This document shows, piece after piece, positions 10,898 through 20,357 of a stretch of DNA of 64,000 nt. The stretch is from Bdellovibrionia bacterium. Its GTDB lineage: Bacteria > Bdellovibrionota > Bdellovibrionia > Bdellovibrionales > UBA1609. The notes under the pieces were generated by a model. That model ran no database searches. It saw only the letters and a list, made by a program, of their open reading frames with translations, and had not been told where the DNA came from. The stretch spans positions 956 to 64,955 of the forward strand of contig JAUILT010000002.1 in the NCBI GenBank assembly GCA_030432925.1, read 5' to 3'. Made by a program: the position numbers and the translations under genes. The stretch's first letter is position 1. Each line of letters starts with the position of its first letter.

Positions 10898-11961
10898 TAT
10901 CCTTGCATCAATTGCTAAAGTCAGCTGTTAAACAGGATGCATCAGATCTACATATTGTTGCGGGGTCGGCGCCTGTTCTTAGAGTTTCAGGGCGCATTGT
11001 TCGTGTGAAAACAGGAGCATTAACTGGTGAAGAAACGAAAAAGCTTTGCTACTCGATTCTAACAGAGTCCCAAAAGAGTCGGTTTGAGGCTACCAAGGAG
11101 TTAGACTTCAGTTTTGGAATTAAAAATATGGCTCGTTTTCGTGCAAATCTTTTTGTACAAAAAGGAGCTGTATCTGGGGTGTTTCGACGAATACCTATGC
11201 ATGTTCCTTCCGTGGATGAATTGGGGTTGCCTAAGGCCATTGTCAACTTAGTGCACTTTCCAACGGGTTTGGTATTAGTTACTGGCCCGACAGGGTCGGG
11301 AAAATCTACAACTATTGCTGCACTCATTGATAAAATCAATGCTGAGAGACGTGGGCATATTATTACTTTGGAAGATCCTATTGAGTATGTTCACGAACAT
11401 AAAAATTCTATTATTAACCAAAGGGAAGTAGGGACTGATACGGTTAACTTTAAGACAGCTTTAAAGCACGTGCTTCGCCAAGATCCGGATGTTTGTCTTA
11501 TGGGTGAGCTGCGAGACTTGGAAACTATTGAAGCAGCACTAACTATTGCAGAAACAGGTCACCTAGTTTTTGCTACGCTTCACACCAATTCAGCGATTCA
11601 GACCATTAATAGAATTGTTTCGGTTTTTCCAACAGATCAACAAGATAGAATTCGTGCTCAGTTGAGCTTTACCTTGAATGCTGTTGTCAGCCAAAGGTTG
11701 ATGCCCTCTATTAAAGGTGGCCAGGTTTTGGCCATTGAGCTTTTGGCGTTGAACTCTAGCGTAAGAAATCTAATTCGAGAAAACAAACTTCATCAAGTGT
11801 ATGGAATGATGCAGGTAGGACAGGATAAGTCAGGAATGATGACAATGAACCAGTCTTTGGCCAATTTGATATTGAAGCGAAAAATTGAAATGAAGCAGGC
11901 ATTTTCATTAACGGATAATCCAGATGAGTTGGATAAACTTTTGAAAAAGGCTGGGATTTAA
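10894..11961 (+). CDS. pilT: twitching-motility retraction ATPase PilT
   Basis: Walker A GPTGSGKST, PilT signature region SVRNLIRENK, 355 aa. 4-nt overlap with pilB. Confidence 0.92.
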   Translation: MISLHQLLKSAVKQDASDLHIVAGSAPVLRVSGRIVRVKTGALTGEETKKLCYSILTESQKSRFEATKELDFSFGIKNMARFRANLFVQKGAVSGVFRRIPMHVPSVDELGLPKAIVNLVHFPTGLVLVTGPTGSGKSTTIAALIDKINAERRGHIITLEDPIEYVHEHKNSIINQREVGTDTVNFKTALKHVLRQDPDVCLMGELRDLETIEAALTIAETGHLVFATLHTNSAIQTINRIVSVFPTDQQDRIRAQLSFTLNAVVSQRLMPSIKGGQVLAIELLALNSSVRNLIRENKLHQVYGMMQVGQDKSGMMTMNQSLANLILKRKIEMKQAFSLTDNPDELDKLLKKAGI

Positions 11962-11973
11962 AGGATATAACTG

Positions 11974-13194
11974 ATGCCAACGTTCATATTCCAGGCCAAA
12001 GCCATTAATGGAAAAGTTGTCAGCGGAGAGCTGGATGCAACCAATGATGTTGAGGCTAGAGTTAAACTCCGAAGTCAAAAATTGATACCTATTAAAATCA
12101 AAGCTAAAGGTGCCTCTAATATCGAAGAAAAGACCGGAGGCTTTAGCTTTGGAGGTGACTCAGTTAAATCTGAGGACTTACAGGTTTTCACAAGACAGTT
12201 TGCAGTCTTAGTCAATGCAGGAGTTCCTGTTGTTCAAAGCTTACAATCTATGGCGGAGGGAGGGCGGAGCCCGGCACTTACACGTGCTATTCGCGTGGTT
12301 CTGGCAGAAGTTGAAAAAGGAAAACGATTGGCAGAGGCCTTAGCAATGAAGCCTTCTGTCTTTGATGATATGTATCGTAATCTGGTTCGTGCAGGTGAAG
12401 AGGGCGGTGTGCTTGATGAGGTATTGGTTCGGCTTGCAGACTATATTGAAAAAGCCACTCAGTTACGAAAAAAAATAACCAGTGCCCTGTGGTATCCAGC
12501 TATTATTATTCTTGTGGCCTTTGGCGTGATTGCGGGAATTATGACCTTTGTAATTCCTCAGTTTGTGGATATGTTCTCTAGCATGGGGCAGGAGCTTCCC
12601 ACACTGACGGTTTTTGTGATTAATACCAGTAATTTTTTTGTATCTTACTGGTTTGTTATTTTAGCAGTTTTGATTGGTGTTCCTTTAGCTGTGAAACAGT
12701 ATTACAAGACCGATGATGGTCGAAAATTTATTGATGAAATTCTTTTGATGATTCCGGTGATGGGAGACCTTGTTCAAAAAGGAGGAATTGCCAAAATTTC
12801 ACGAACATTATCAACCTTGCTTGGAGCTGGTGTAAGAATTATGGACTCCATTGATATTGCCGCTACAACAGCTGGAAATGTGGTATTAGAAAGGGACATT
12901 CTTAAAGCTAAGGATGCCATTGCTAAAGGAAAAAATCTAGCAGAGCCTTTAAGTCAGTCGAAGCACTTTCCCAAAATGGTTTGTCAGATGATTAAAGTGG
13001 GGGAAGATACAGGAAACCTGGATGCTATGTTGGCAAAAATTGCAGACTTTTATGAATCTGAAGTGGAGGCCACTGCTGATGCAATGACAAGTCTAATTGA
13101 ACCACTATTGATGGTATTTTTGGGAGGCATTATTGCAGTAATTGTTGTTGCAATGTATCTTCCTATTTTCACCATGGCGAGTGCTGTTGGATAA
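11974..13194 (+). CDS. pilC: type IV pilus platform protein PilC
   Basis: GspF/PilC family polytopic membrane protein with the duplicated cytoplasmic-domain/TM layout. 406 aa, in pil gene context. Confidence 0.9.
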   Translation: MPTFIFQAKAINGKVVSGELDATNDVEARVKLRSQKLIPIKIKAKGASNIEEKTGGFSFGGDSVKSEDLQVFTRQFAVLVNAGVPVVQSLQSMAEGGRSPALTRAIRVVLAEVEKGKRLAEALAMKPSVFDDMYRNLVRAGEEGGVLDEVLVRLADYIEKATQLRKKITSALWYPAIIILVAFGVIAGIMTFVIPQFVDMFSSMGQELPTLTVFVINTSNFFVSYWFVILAVLIGVPLAVKQYYKTDDGRKFIDEILLMIPVMGDLVQKGGIAKISRTLSTLLGAGVRIMDSIDIAATTAGNVVLERDILKAKDAIAKGKNLAEPLSQSKHFPKMVCQMIKVGEDTGNLDAMLAKIADFYESEVEATADAMTSLIEPLLMVFLGGIIAVIVVAMYLPIFTMASAVG

Positions 13195-13205
13195 CAGGGG
13201 AAAAG

Positions 13206-14903
13206 ATGAGTTCAAAAATGGTGAGTGAAAGAGCTTTAAAGTTAGTACCTTCTCCGGAGCATTGGAGTCTTGCAGAGCAATCACTATTAATTCACGCGGT
13301 TCGTACAGGTATTCTTTATATTATTTTATTTGCTGTTATTACATACCAGTTATTTCAAAGAGAATTTATCAATGTTTCGGTATGGCTTCCAGTTTATATG
13401 ACTCTAGTTCCTGCATTTGTTTTGAATACTGGTTATCTTGTATTCTTTGAAAAGATCAATCTTCATAAACTTTGGGGCTTTTCACTTTTTGCCCTGGATG
13501 CAGTCGTTTTTTCTTTATTGATTCATTTCACAGGGGTGCAAGGATCTCTGTTCTTTCTTTTGTACTTGATTAATATAGTACTTGCAGGTTTTTTATTTTC
13601 TCGCTGGACAGTGTTTACGCTGGCATTCTGGACAAGTCTTACTTACAGCGTTTGTCTATTTTTTGACACAGGGTTTGTTGGCCAAGCTTTTTATGTCAAC
13701 CTTCTTTTTAATAATGCCGCACTTTTGGCTGTAGCAGGATTGAGTTCATTACTGAGTGATCAGTTTAGCCTATTGGGCGAGCGGATTCAGGAGAGCGAAA
13801 AGAAAATTGAAGTTCTTGAAGACCTCAATTCACTGATCGTAGGAAATATTGGATCTGGTTTAATGACACTCAATAGCAGGCTTCAAGTTGTTACAGGAAA
13901 TCAGTCCGCCTCTGACATTCTTCAAGACAAAAACCTTGTGGGTCAGTCTCTAAGCTCGGTGTTTCCTCAGGTATTTCGTAGTATCCAATCGGATAAAGTG
14001 GGTCAATCAAAAGGGACTGCTCAACGTTTAGAAGTTGTCTATGAGATAAGCTCAGAGAAAAAACTCATTCTGGAGACAATTATTAGTCCCCTTGTTTCTG
14101 CTGACGGGCAGTTTCATGGATACCTTATTTTATTTCAAGATCTCACTGAGCTGAAACAAATGGAAAAGCAAGTTAGGCAGCAGGACAAATTGGCTGCTGT
14201 GGGTCAGTTGGCGGCGGGTATTGCCCATGAAATTCGAAACCCTCTAGCTTCTATCAGTGGAAGCATTCAGTTATTGGTTGCTAACCCTGATACCCTCAAA
14301 GACGAGGACCTCAAGTTGATGAGAATTGTTTTGAGGGAGATTGACCGGCTGAACGGATTAATTAATGAGTTTCTTGAATTTGTGCGTCCAGATGTTCAGG
14401 CAAATGAGTCGGTGATGGTGGGAGACTTGATCCAGGAAGTTCTTGAGATGATTCGCTTCAACAAAGGACTTCCTCAGGGGGTTGAGCAAAAAGTAAACTT
14501 AGTTTCAAGGATGCCTGTGCTTGGCCACAGGGATAAGCTCAAACAGGCTTTTTTGAATATCATTATTAACGCTTATCAGGCAATGGCGGACTCTCAAGAA
14601 AAAACTTTGAGTGTTCAAGCTTATGATGAGTCCAGTGTTTTGAAGGTGGTTATTTCTGATACAGGTATTGGAATGGATGAAAAAACTATAGAGAGGATGT
14701 TTGAACCTTTTCTCACTACAAAACCCAAAGGGACAGGGCTTGGGCTCGCTATTACTCATAAGGTTTTGGAGTCTCATGGAGCCACTGTATGGGTAGAGTC
14801 CAAACAGGGAAAGGGAACAGATTTTTATATTGAGTTTCCATTTGGAACGGGGCCACAGCCAAAAGAAGATGTAGCCAGTGAGCCAGCCTTTGGGACTGCT
14901 TGA
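13206..14903 (+). CDS. pilS: PilS-like sensor histidine kinase
   Basis: Multi-TM N-terminus, PAS-like segment, H-box AHEIRNPL, and HATPase motifs (NAYQAM, DTGIGM, GTGLGL). Located between pilC and pilR. Confidence 0.8.
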   Translation: MSSKMVSERALKLVPSPEHWSLAEQSLLIHAVRTGILYIILFAVITYQLFQREFINVSVWLPVYMTLVPAFVLNTGYLVFFEKINLHKLWGFSLFALDAVVFSLLIHFTGVQGSLFFLLYLINIVLAGFLFSRWTVFTLAFWTSLTYSVCLFFDTGFVGQAFYVNLLFNNAALLAVAGLSSLLSDQFSLLGERIQESEKKIEVLEDLNSLIVGNIGSGLMTLNSRLQVVTGNQSASDILQDKNLVGQSLSSVFPQVFRSIQSDKVGQSKGTAQRLEVVYEISSEKKLILETIISPLVSADGQFHGYLILFQDLTELKQMEKQVRQQDKLAAVGQLAAGIAHEIRNPLASISGSIQLLVANPDTLKDEDLKLMRIVLREIDRLNGLINEFLEFVRPDVQANESVMVGDLIQEVLEMIRFNKGLPQGVEQKVNLVSRMPVLGHRDKLKQAFLNIIINAYQAMADSQEKTLSVQAYDESSVLKVVISDTGIGMDEKTIERMFEPFLTTKPKGTGLGLAITHKVLESHGATVWVESKQGKGTDFYIEFPFGTGPQPKEDVASEPAFGTA

Positions 14904-14957
14904 CATTGAAAAAACGGAAATTCCATCACAAAATAGAGAGATAACAAGGGGATACTG

Positions 14958-16361
14958 ATGAAAGCACGAGTGCTCGTCGTCGACGATGAAGAAAGCATAA
15001 GAGAGTTTCTTGAAATCATGCTCAAAAAAGAGGGTTACGAGGTAACTTGTGTAGAGGATGGGCAACAGGCCTTAGACCTATTAAAAAAGAAGTCCGTAGA
15101 CATGGTGATTTCTGATTTACAGATGCCCAACGTAACAGGGATAGAGTTACTGAAGCAGGTAAAAGACCAGTATCCAGATATGCTGTTTATGATGATCACA
15201 GCTTTCGGAACCACAGAGACTGCTGTTGAAGCAATGAAACTGGGAGCTTACGATTATATTACAAAGCCGTTTAAAATTGATGAAGTCAGAATTAACATTG
15301 CCAATGCATTGAGAAGTCAAAATTTAGAAGTTGAGAATCGGACCCTGAAAAAAGAACTCAAGCAGGAGTACAGCTTTCAGAATCTTGTTGGAAACTCTGA
15401 GGCTATGCATCGAATTTATGAATTGATTCGCAGAGTGTCTCAAACACCTACCAATGTACTGGTTACCGGTGAGAGTGGAACGGGTAAGGAAATGGTGGCT
15501 AAGGCCATTCACTATAATGGTCCTCTCAAAGATAAGCCTTTTGTGACAGTGAATTGTGGAGCTATTCCTGAATCTTTGATGGAATCTGAAATGTTTGGTC
15601 ATAAAAAGGGATCCTTCACCGGTGCTGTTGCTGATAAGATAGGCTTATTTGAGGTCGCTGATGGAGGAACTTTATTTCTGGATGAGGTGGGAGAGTTACC
15701 GGTTACAATTCAGGTTAAACTACTGCGAGCTATTCAAGAGCGCGTGATTCGTCGCGTGGGGGGGACAGATGATACTAAAATTGAGGTTCGGATCATTGCA
15801 GCGACGAACAGGGAGCTGGAAGAGATGGTCAGTACTGGAGATTTTAGACAAGATTTATTTTATCGTTTGAACGTAATTAATATTAAAACCCCAGCTTTAA
15901 GAGAGCGCAAAGAAGATATCGCTTTGCTTGCTAATCATTTTTTAGAAAAATACAACCATCGCTTGAGCAAAGCGATTGGTGGCATTTCAGAAGATGCCAT
16001 GGGTGTTTTACAAAAATATGACTATCCTGGGAACGTGCGTGAGCTAGAGAATGTCATTGAGAGAACGGTGGCACTGGAAGGTGGAGCTATGATTCTCCCT
16101 GAGAGCCTGCCTCCTTTTGTGAATACTCCCTCTGGTAGAAAGTTGGCCTCTAGTCATGAAATTGAAATCACTGAAGATGGAATCGATCTGGATAAAGTAG
16201 TTGGACAGATTGAAAAGGAACTCCTGGTAAAGGCGATTCACGCTTCTGGTGGAGTTAAAAAACGAGCCGCTAAGTTGTTAAATATCACCTTTCGATCGAT
16301 GCGCTATCGAGTTGAAAAGTACAACCTCGGTACTCTTGGAGATGACGATGATGAAGAGTAA
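14958..16361 (+). CDS. pilR: sigma54-dependent response regulator PilR
   Basis: REC domain, AAA+ motifs GESGTGKE and ESEMFGHKKGSFTGA, and a C-terminal Fis-type HTH. In pil context. Confidence 0.85.
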   Translation: MKARVLVVDDEESIREFLEIMLKKEGYEVTCVEDGQQALDLLKKKSVDMVISDLQMPNVTGIELLKQVKDQYPDMLFMMITAFGTTETAVEAMKLGAYDYITKPFKIDEVRINIANALRSQNLEVENRTLKKELKQEYSFQNLVGNSEAMHRIYELIRRVSQTPTNVLVTGESGTGKEMVAKAIHYNGPLKDKPFVTVNCGAIPESLMESEMFGHKKGSFTGAVADKIGLFEVADGGTLFLDEVGELPVTIQVKLLRAIQERVIRRVGGTDDTKIEVRIIAATNRELEEMVSTGDFRQDLFYRLNVINIKTPALRERKEDIALLANHFLEKYNHRLSKAIGGISEDAMGVLQKYDYPGNVRELENVIERTVALEGGAMILPESLPPFVNTPSGRKLASSHEIEITEDGIDLDKVVGQIEKELLVKAIHASGGVKKRAAKLLNITFRSMRYRVEKYNLGTLGDDDDEE

Positions 16362-16443
16362 GCTCAACTTTGTTTTACCTGTCGCTGAGGCTTGTTTGTA
16401 CAGAAGATACGCTGATTGCAGGGCTCCAGAAGGGATTAGAAAA

Positions 16444-16469
16444 AGGTAAAAAATTCATACTTTTTACCT
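16444..16469 (+). terminator. AT-rich hairpin downstream of pilR (candidate terminator)
   Basis: 9-bp stem AGGTAAAAA / TTTTTACCT with an 8-nt loop. The stem has low GC and no clear trailing T-run. Confidence 0.25.
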
Positions 16470-16566
16470 GGTAGATACCTGTTTTGAGTTCACAGATCTC
16501 AACATAAAATTGACTTTCCAAATATTAGAAATTCCTCTAGGAATGGTTTTTTTAGGGGAGGGTTCT

Positions 16567-17229
16567 ATGAAAATGATACTTCTATTCTTTTTTACTTCCA
16601 TTACGTTTGCAAACTCGGAAAATATTATAGATGCTGTCTATGCAGAAATTAAGCGCGTAGATTTAAAAATGTGTAAGCCTATGGCGTATGACCAAGCTGA
16701 AGGGTATGCCGTTGAATGCTACTTTAAAAATGAAAGTTCGATCCATGCGATAGCGGCACGTAATACTGGATGGGGTGTCATGGATCCTGATGAGAAAGCA
16801 GATCTACTTTATAATGTTTGTGAAGGTTTTGATGTAGAAATACCTAAAGGATTAAAACCTGTGAAACCACTTCAAGGTTTGGCTAGTGATGTATCTATTT
16901 ATGAAAAATATGATGGGGACTATGGTGATTATATAAATCGACTATTTGGTTCTGTGATTAAAACAGCGGACCGAGAGAGTATAGAGCAAAGCCCTTATAT
17001 GAGTAATGGGGACCCAACGGTAAGTTCACTCTGTTTGCTCATTGATGAAGGCTCTCAATTAGTTCTGGGTTCTTATATTACTGTTTTCCAAGGTGGCCTC
17101 GATGAAAACGGTGAAGAAGCTGACATTAGCTGGACTTTCCGGATGCGTGCAGATAGTGAGGCAAGGCTATTAGTCAATGAGTCTGGAGGCTCATATGATG
17201 ACCAATATTATGAGTGGTCTGGACATTGA
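16567..17229 (+). CDS. hypothetical secreted protein
   Basis: ATG at 16567 preceded by GGAGG. Signal peptide MKMILLFFFTSITFANS. No recognisable domain and no prepilin motif. Confidence 0.5.
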   Translation: MKMILLFFFTSITFANSENIIDAVYAEIKRVDLKMCKPMAYDQAEGYAVECYFKNESSIHAIAARNTGWGVMDPDEKADLLYNVCEGFDVEIPKGLKPVKPLQGLASDVSIYEKYDGDYGDYINRLFGSVIKTADRESIEQSPYMSNGDPTVSSLCLLIDEGSQLVLGSYITVFQGGLDENGEEADISWTFRMRADSEARLLVNESGGSYDDQYYEWSGH

Positions 17230-17358
17230 AACTCAAGATTTCAATTAAAATTTGATAGAACCGTAGTGTTATTATACCTGTCCAGTTTGAATTTTCCGGA
17301 TTGATTTGGCATAACAATCCCTATCATATTCCAGTGGTAGAAGATAAGCGAGGTTAAA

Positions 17359-17769
17359 ATGGGCAAGCTACAATTAGCTCTGATTCCAATTTACATAATT
17401 TATATTTTTATTTTGGGATTTTATCAGTACAGAAAGCGAGTTTCGGCAGTCAGAAGTAAGAAGATCAATATTGATTATTTCAAGACCTATCAATTTGAGG
17501 CGCCTGAAGAGTTAAAAGTTTTGCAAAATCACTTCTCCAGCCAGTTTGAAGTTCCAATTCTTTTTATGGTAACTTGCCTAGCTGTAGTTGTTTTAGATAA
17601 GTCTTCTATATTTAATTTGGCATTGGGGTTTTTATTCATTTTATCCCGGCTTGCTCATTCCTATATTCATCTAGGGAGTAACAACTTGAAAAAAAGGGCT
17701 TTATCATTTGTTCTAGGTTTTTTTGTTATTTTAATTATTTGGATAAACATTCTATTTTTTGAGGTTTAA
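17359..17769 (+). CDS. MAPEG-family membrane protein
   Basis: 136 aa with about 4 TM segments. Motif LSRLAHSYIHLG...KKRALSF resembles the conserved R-x-x-H / R region of the MAPEG (membrane-associated proteins in eicosanoid and glutathione metabolism) family. Confidence 0.55.
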   Translation: MGKLQLALIPIYIIYIFILGFYQYRKRVSAVRSKKINIDYFKTYQFEAPEELKVLQNHFSSQFEVPILFMVTCLAVVVLDKSSIFNLALGFLFILSRLAHSYIHLGSNNLKKRALSFVLGFFVILIIWINILFFEV

Positions 17770-17771
17770 AC

Positions 17772-18818
17772 ATGAAGTCTTTAAAAAAAATTATTGCGCT
17801 TTTGCTTATTTTTTCGTCGGTTGCTGCGATTGCAAATTTCAATATGAATAAAACGGAATCTTCTGAACCGTATTTAGGTTCAAGTTTTGATGATGTTTGG
17901 GAAGCCTTACAGGAAGATGTATATGACTCTCTCCCAATATATAAAATTGTATCCGGTCGCACACTGCGATCAATTGGATTAGCGGCATTTCAAGCGACTT
18001 TAGACAACAGGAATGATTTTCGGCCTCGACGGACTAAACTTGTTCACCCAAATGGTATTTGTATGGCTGGAGTATGGGAAATTGATAAAAAATCAGAGTT
18101 TACTGGCTACTTTTCTGAGGGTTTGAGGGGGGTAGTTATTGGTCGAGCATCGACAACTCAAGACTTTGTCAAATATGAGGACCACAGGGCGTTTGGACTC
18201 GCTATTAAGCTATTTCCCACGCAGGACACGACTGAGGTAGTTTTTACTTCTAATCTTTTTGCTGTTGATAATATTGAAGGAGTAAAAAATAGGCACTATG
18301 TTGAAACATTCATGACAAATGAAATCCCAGATTTTGATTTTTTGAATTTGAGAGCTTTATTTAGACTGATAAATAGAATGTCTTTTCTCGTTAATTTTAA
18401 TAATCTGTCTAAAGAGGCAGATACAGGGCCAGAAGATAGGAGCCCACTATTTAGACGAACCGTCGAGGTTGCGCGGGCCGGAATTTCATCTGAATTTAGC
18501 TCGATACGAAATAGTCCTCAGTTACCTCCATATTCAGATTTAGAAAGAATGGGAGAAATCAATGAGCCTCGTTGGGTGGGCTTTGAGTATCAAAATGAAG
18601 GCCCATCATCACCACAGCAATCTGATTTTAGAGAAGAGATTGCGGATCTCATAGATAAAAATGGAGAGATAAAATATAAAATTTTAGTTGCTAGCGAAAA
18701 AGATAGACAAGGTTTTATTAACTGGAAGGAAATTGGTCATTTGACTTTTACAGAAACCGTAGCTTCGAAACCTTGTGATCTTGACTTGCATTTTCATCAT
18801 CCACGAACTGATGATTAA
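17772..18818 (+). CDS. secreted catalase-related (catalase-like heme domain) protein, tentative
   Basis: Signal peptide, then RPRRTKLVHPNGICMAGVWEI, which resembles the catalase distal-His region (R-x-x-V-H-x-x-G-x-x-x-G). The ~350 aa size matches y4iL/SrpA-like mini-catalases. A proximal Tyr ligand was not identified by eye. Confidence 0.4.
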   Translation: MKSLKKIIALLLIFSSVAAIANFNMNKTESSEPYLGSSFDDVWEALQEDVYDSLPIYKIVSGRTLRSIGLAAFQATLDNRNDFRPRRTKLVHPNGICMAGVWEIDKKSEFTGYFSEGLRGVVIGRASTTQDFVKYEDHRAFGLAIKLFPTQDTTEVVFTSNLFAVDNIEGVKNRHYVETFMTNEIPDFDFLNLRALFRLINRMSFLVNFNNLSKEADTGPEDRSPLFRRTVEVARAGISSEFSSIRNSPQLPPYSDLERMGEINEPRWVGFEYQNEGPSSPQQSDFREEIADLIDKNGEIKYKILVASEKDRQGFINWKEIGHLTFTETVASKPCDLDLHFHHPRTDD

Positions 18819-18934
18819 ATTTTTGAAGAAAAAATGAAATTCTTAATCGGAAAAGTTCTACTTTTATTTTCATTTTAACTTGAAAGAGAGCTTTTTAGAG
18901 GGTCTTCGGGAAACCTCGGCTGATTTTCTGTCTT

Positions 18935-19129
18935 CTAAAGAGCGATACTCAGCTCCAAGGGGTAGTGATCAGAGTCAATACTTTGGCCCCTTTTGACATT
19001 GGTAACGTGGAGTTTGTTACTCATACACAGATCAATGGGAATTTTGGGAACAAAAGGGGTTGTAGGCCAGGTTCTTTGAAGGCCGGAGCCAGCTGCCAAA
19101 CTTAGAACTGAGATTTTGGAGCTTTCGGT
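18935..19129 (-). pseudogene. C-terminal fragment of an endonuclease/exonuclease/phosphatase (EEP)-family gene
   Basis: Open frame without a start codon, ending ...IPIDLCMSNKLHVTNVKRGQSIDSDHYPLELSIAL*. The I-D-x-(I/L)...S-D-H-x-P pattern is the EEP C-terminal signature. Confidence 0.4.
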
Positions 19130-19256
19130 CTAGTTAAGTCATTGATATTTAATGGGTATATGGATTTAGATTGGGTTCCCATATGTTGCTTGTGTCAGGA
19201 ATTCTTGGGCCCGGAAATACTTCTGTAGCTTATTAGGTATTGATTTTTTACGTATT

Positions 19257-19607
19257 ATGCGTAAGAAGATATTAGATGCACTTTTTCCCAAAACGAGACA
19301 AAGAATATTAGGTGTACTGCTCCTTCACCCAGACAAGTGGTGGTACATGTCTGACCTCGCTCAGTTTTTAGGAGTGGGGGCATCGTCCTTGCAAAGAGAA
19401 TTAGCATCTCTTGTTTCTGCCGATATTATAGAATTGAGAAGAGAAGGAAACCGAGTTTACTACAAGGCACAAAAAAAATGTCCGGTGATTGGAGAACTGC
19501 AAGGCCTCTTGATTAAAACTTCTGGGATACGAGATGCACTGATTCCAAAAGGCCAGGTTGTTTTAGAATCGGTGCGAGTCAACTGCTCTGCTCATAGAGT
19601 GAATTAA
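19257..19607 (+). CDS. ArsR-like winged-helix protein, probably truncated
   Basis: LFPKTRQRILGVLLLHPDKWWYMSDLAQFLGVGASSLQRELASLVSADII..GNRVYYKA matches the wHTH module commonly fused to a nucleotidyltransferase domain. That domain is absent here. Confidence 0.5.
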   Translation: MRKKILDALFPKTRQRILGVLLLHPDKWWYMSDLAQFLGVGASSLQRELASLVSADIIELRREGNRVYYKAQKKCPVIGELQGLLIKTSGIRDALIPKGQVVLESVRVNCSAHRVN

Positions 19608-19624
19608 CGGATTGGATATTTATT

Positions 19625-19969
19625 ATGATAATGAAAATTATATTACTAAGCTCACTATTCATATGTGGAGTTAGCTCTAGTGAAGAAGTCGGCGACAAAG
19701 TTCTCGCCGATGAAGCCACAGCTCAGGATTTAGAAAATTATTCGCGCTTGCGAGGTTTGCTGGATGAAACCCGGTCATTCCGTTCAGTGAGTATCCATGG
19801 GAATCTTCAAGTTTTTTCTGAAAGGACGAGCGATCCGGCTGGATTTCGGACCTTTTCAATTTCTAATCCGGGAATTTTTGATGCGGCTACAGAGGACCTC
19901 ACGACTAGATTTGACTCGGGAAGACTATTGGAAAAAATTGAAGAAAGTCGTTTATCAAATCAAAACTAG
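19625..19969 (+). CDS. hypothetical small secreted protein
   Basis: Signal peptide MIMKIILLSSLFICGVSSS. No recognisable domain. Confidence 0.35.
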   Translation: MIMKIILLSSLFICGVSSSEEVGDKVLADEATAQDLENYSRLRGLLDETRSFRSVSIHGNLQVFSERTSDPAGFRTFSISNPGIFDAATEDLTTRFDSGRLLEKIEESRLSNQN

Positions 19970-20000
19970 GTTGTTGAACATGAGTATTATTGTTTAATGA

Positions 20001-20144
20001 AATACTGAGGCTAAACTGAGTGTGGCCAGGCGAATTGCAGCCATTGCTTTATGTCTTTTAAAAAACAATGACACCTATAACGACAACTACGACGAGTACC
20101 TTAAAGAGAGGAAGCGACTTAGAAAATTGTTTTATGAACAGTAA
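20001..20144 (+). pseudogene. C-terminal remnant of an IS110-family transposase
   Basis: Short frame ...SVARRIAAIALCLLKNNDTYNDNYDEYLKERKRL..* resembles the conserved A-(V/I)-A-R-K-L-A-x-x-I-x-x-x-L-K-N tail of IS110/IS1111 transposases. The upstream body is missing. Confidence 0.3.
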
Positions 20145-20347
20145 ATAAAAATACCTAATAGAATCTCAGGCTATTTGAATATCACATGGATGTGAAGTAA
20201 GAAGCCGATTCCTTTTTCACGCTGGTTAGGCCGGAAAACGAATCACTTTTTAAGAGTTCAAGGATTGGCTTCAGATGGGTTTGAGGTGTGGGATGAGGCC
20301 CAGTAGCTGCTTGACCGTCTAACGATAAGATAGGTCCATTTGAAGAC

Positions 20348-20357
20348 TGGCACGCCC
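20348..20357. repeat. copy 1 of the tRNA-Arg 3'-end 10-mer TGGCACGCCC (att-like)
   Basis: Exact 10-mer identical to 25168-25177 and 34224-34233. The last copy is the reverse complement of the acceptor/CCA end of the tRNA. Confidence 0.55.

Noticed and set aside
9799-15065. Long antisense or alternate-frame ORFs inside pilB (9799..10179), pilT (11049..11339) and across pilS/pilR (14505..15065, 14825..15025).
   Set aside because: They lie wholly within strongly supported genes, and their products are low-complexity or Arg/Ser-rich, which is typical of shadow frames.
16567-17229. The ORF after pilR as the major pilin pilA.
   Set aside because: It has no G|F-T-L-I-E class III leader. It is 220 aa with an ordinary Sec-type signal and acidic composition.
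20348-20357. TGGCAC in the three 10-mers read as the sigma54 -24 element (TGGCAC-N5-TTGC).
   Set aside because: None of the three copies has TTGC at the required spacing (TTG is 1-2 nt out of register and GC is absent). One copy is simply the tRNA acceptor/CCA end, so the att-repeat reading explains all three.
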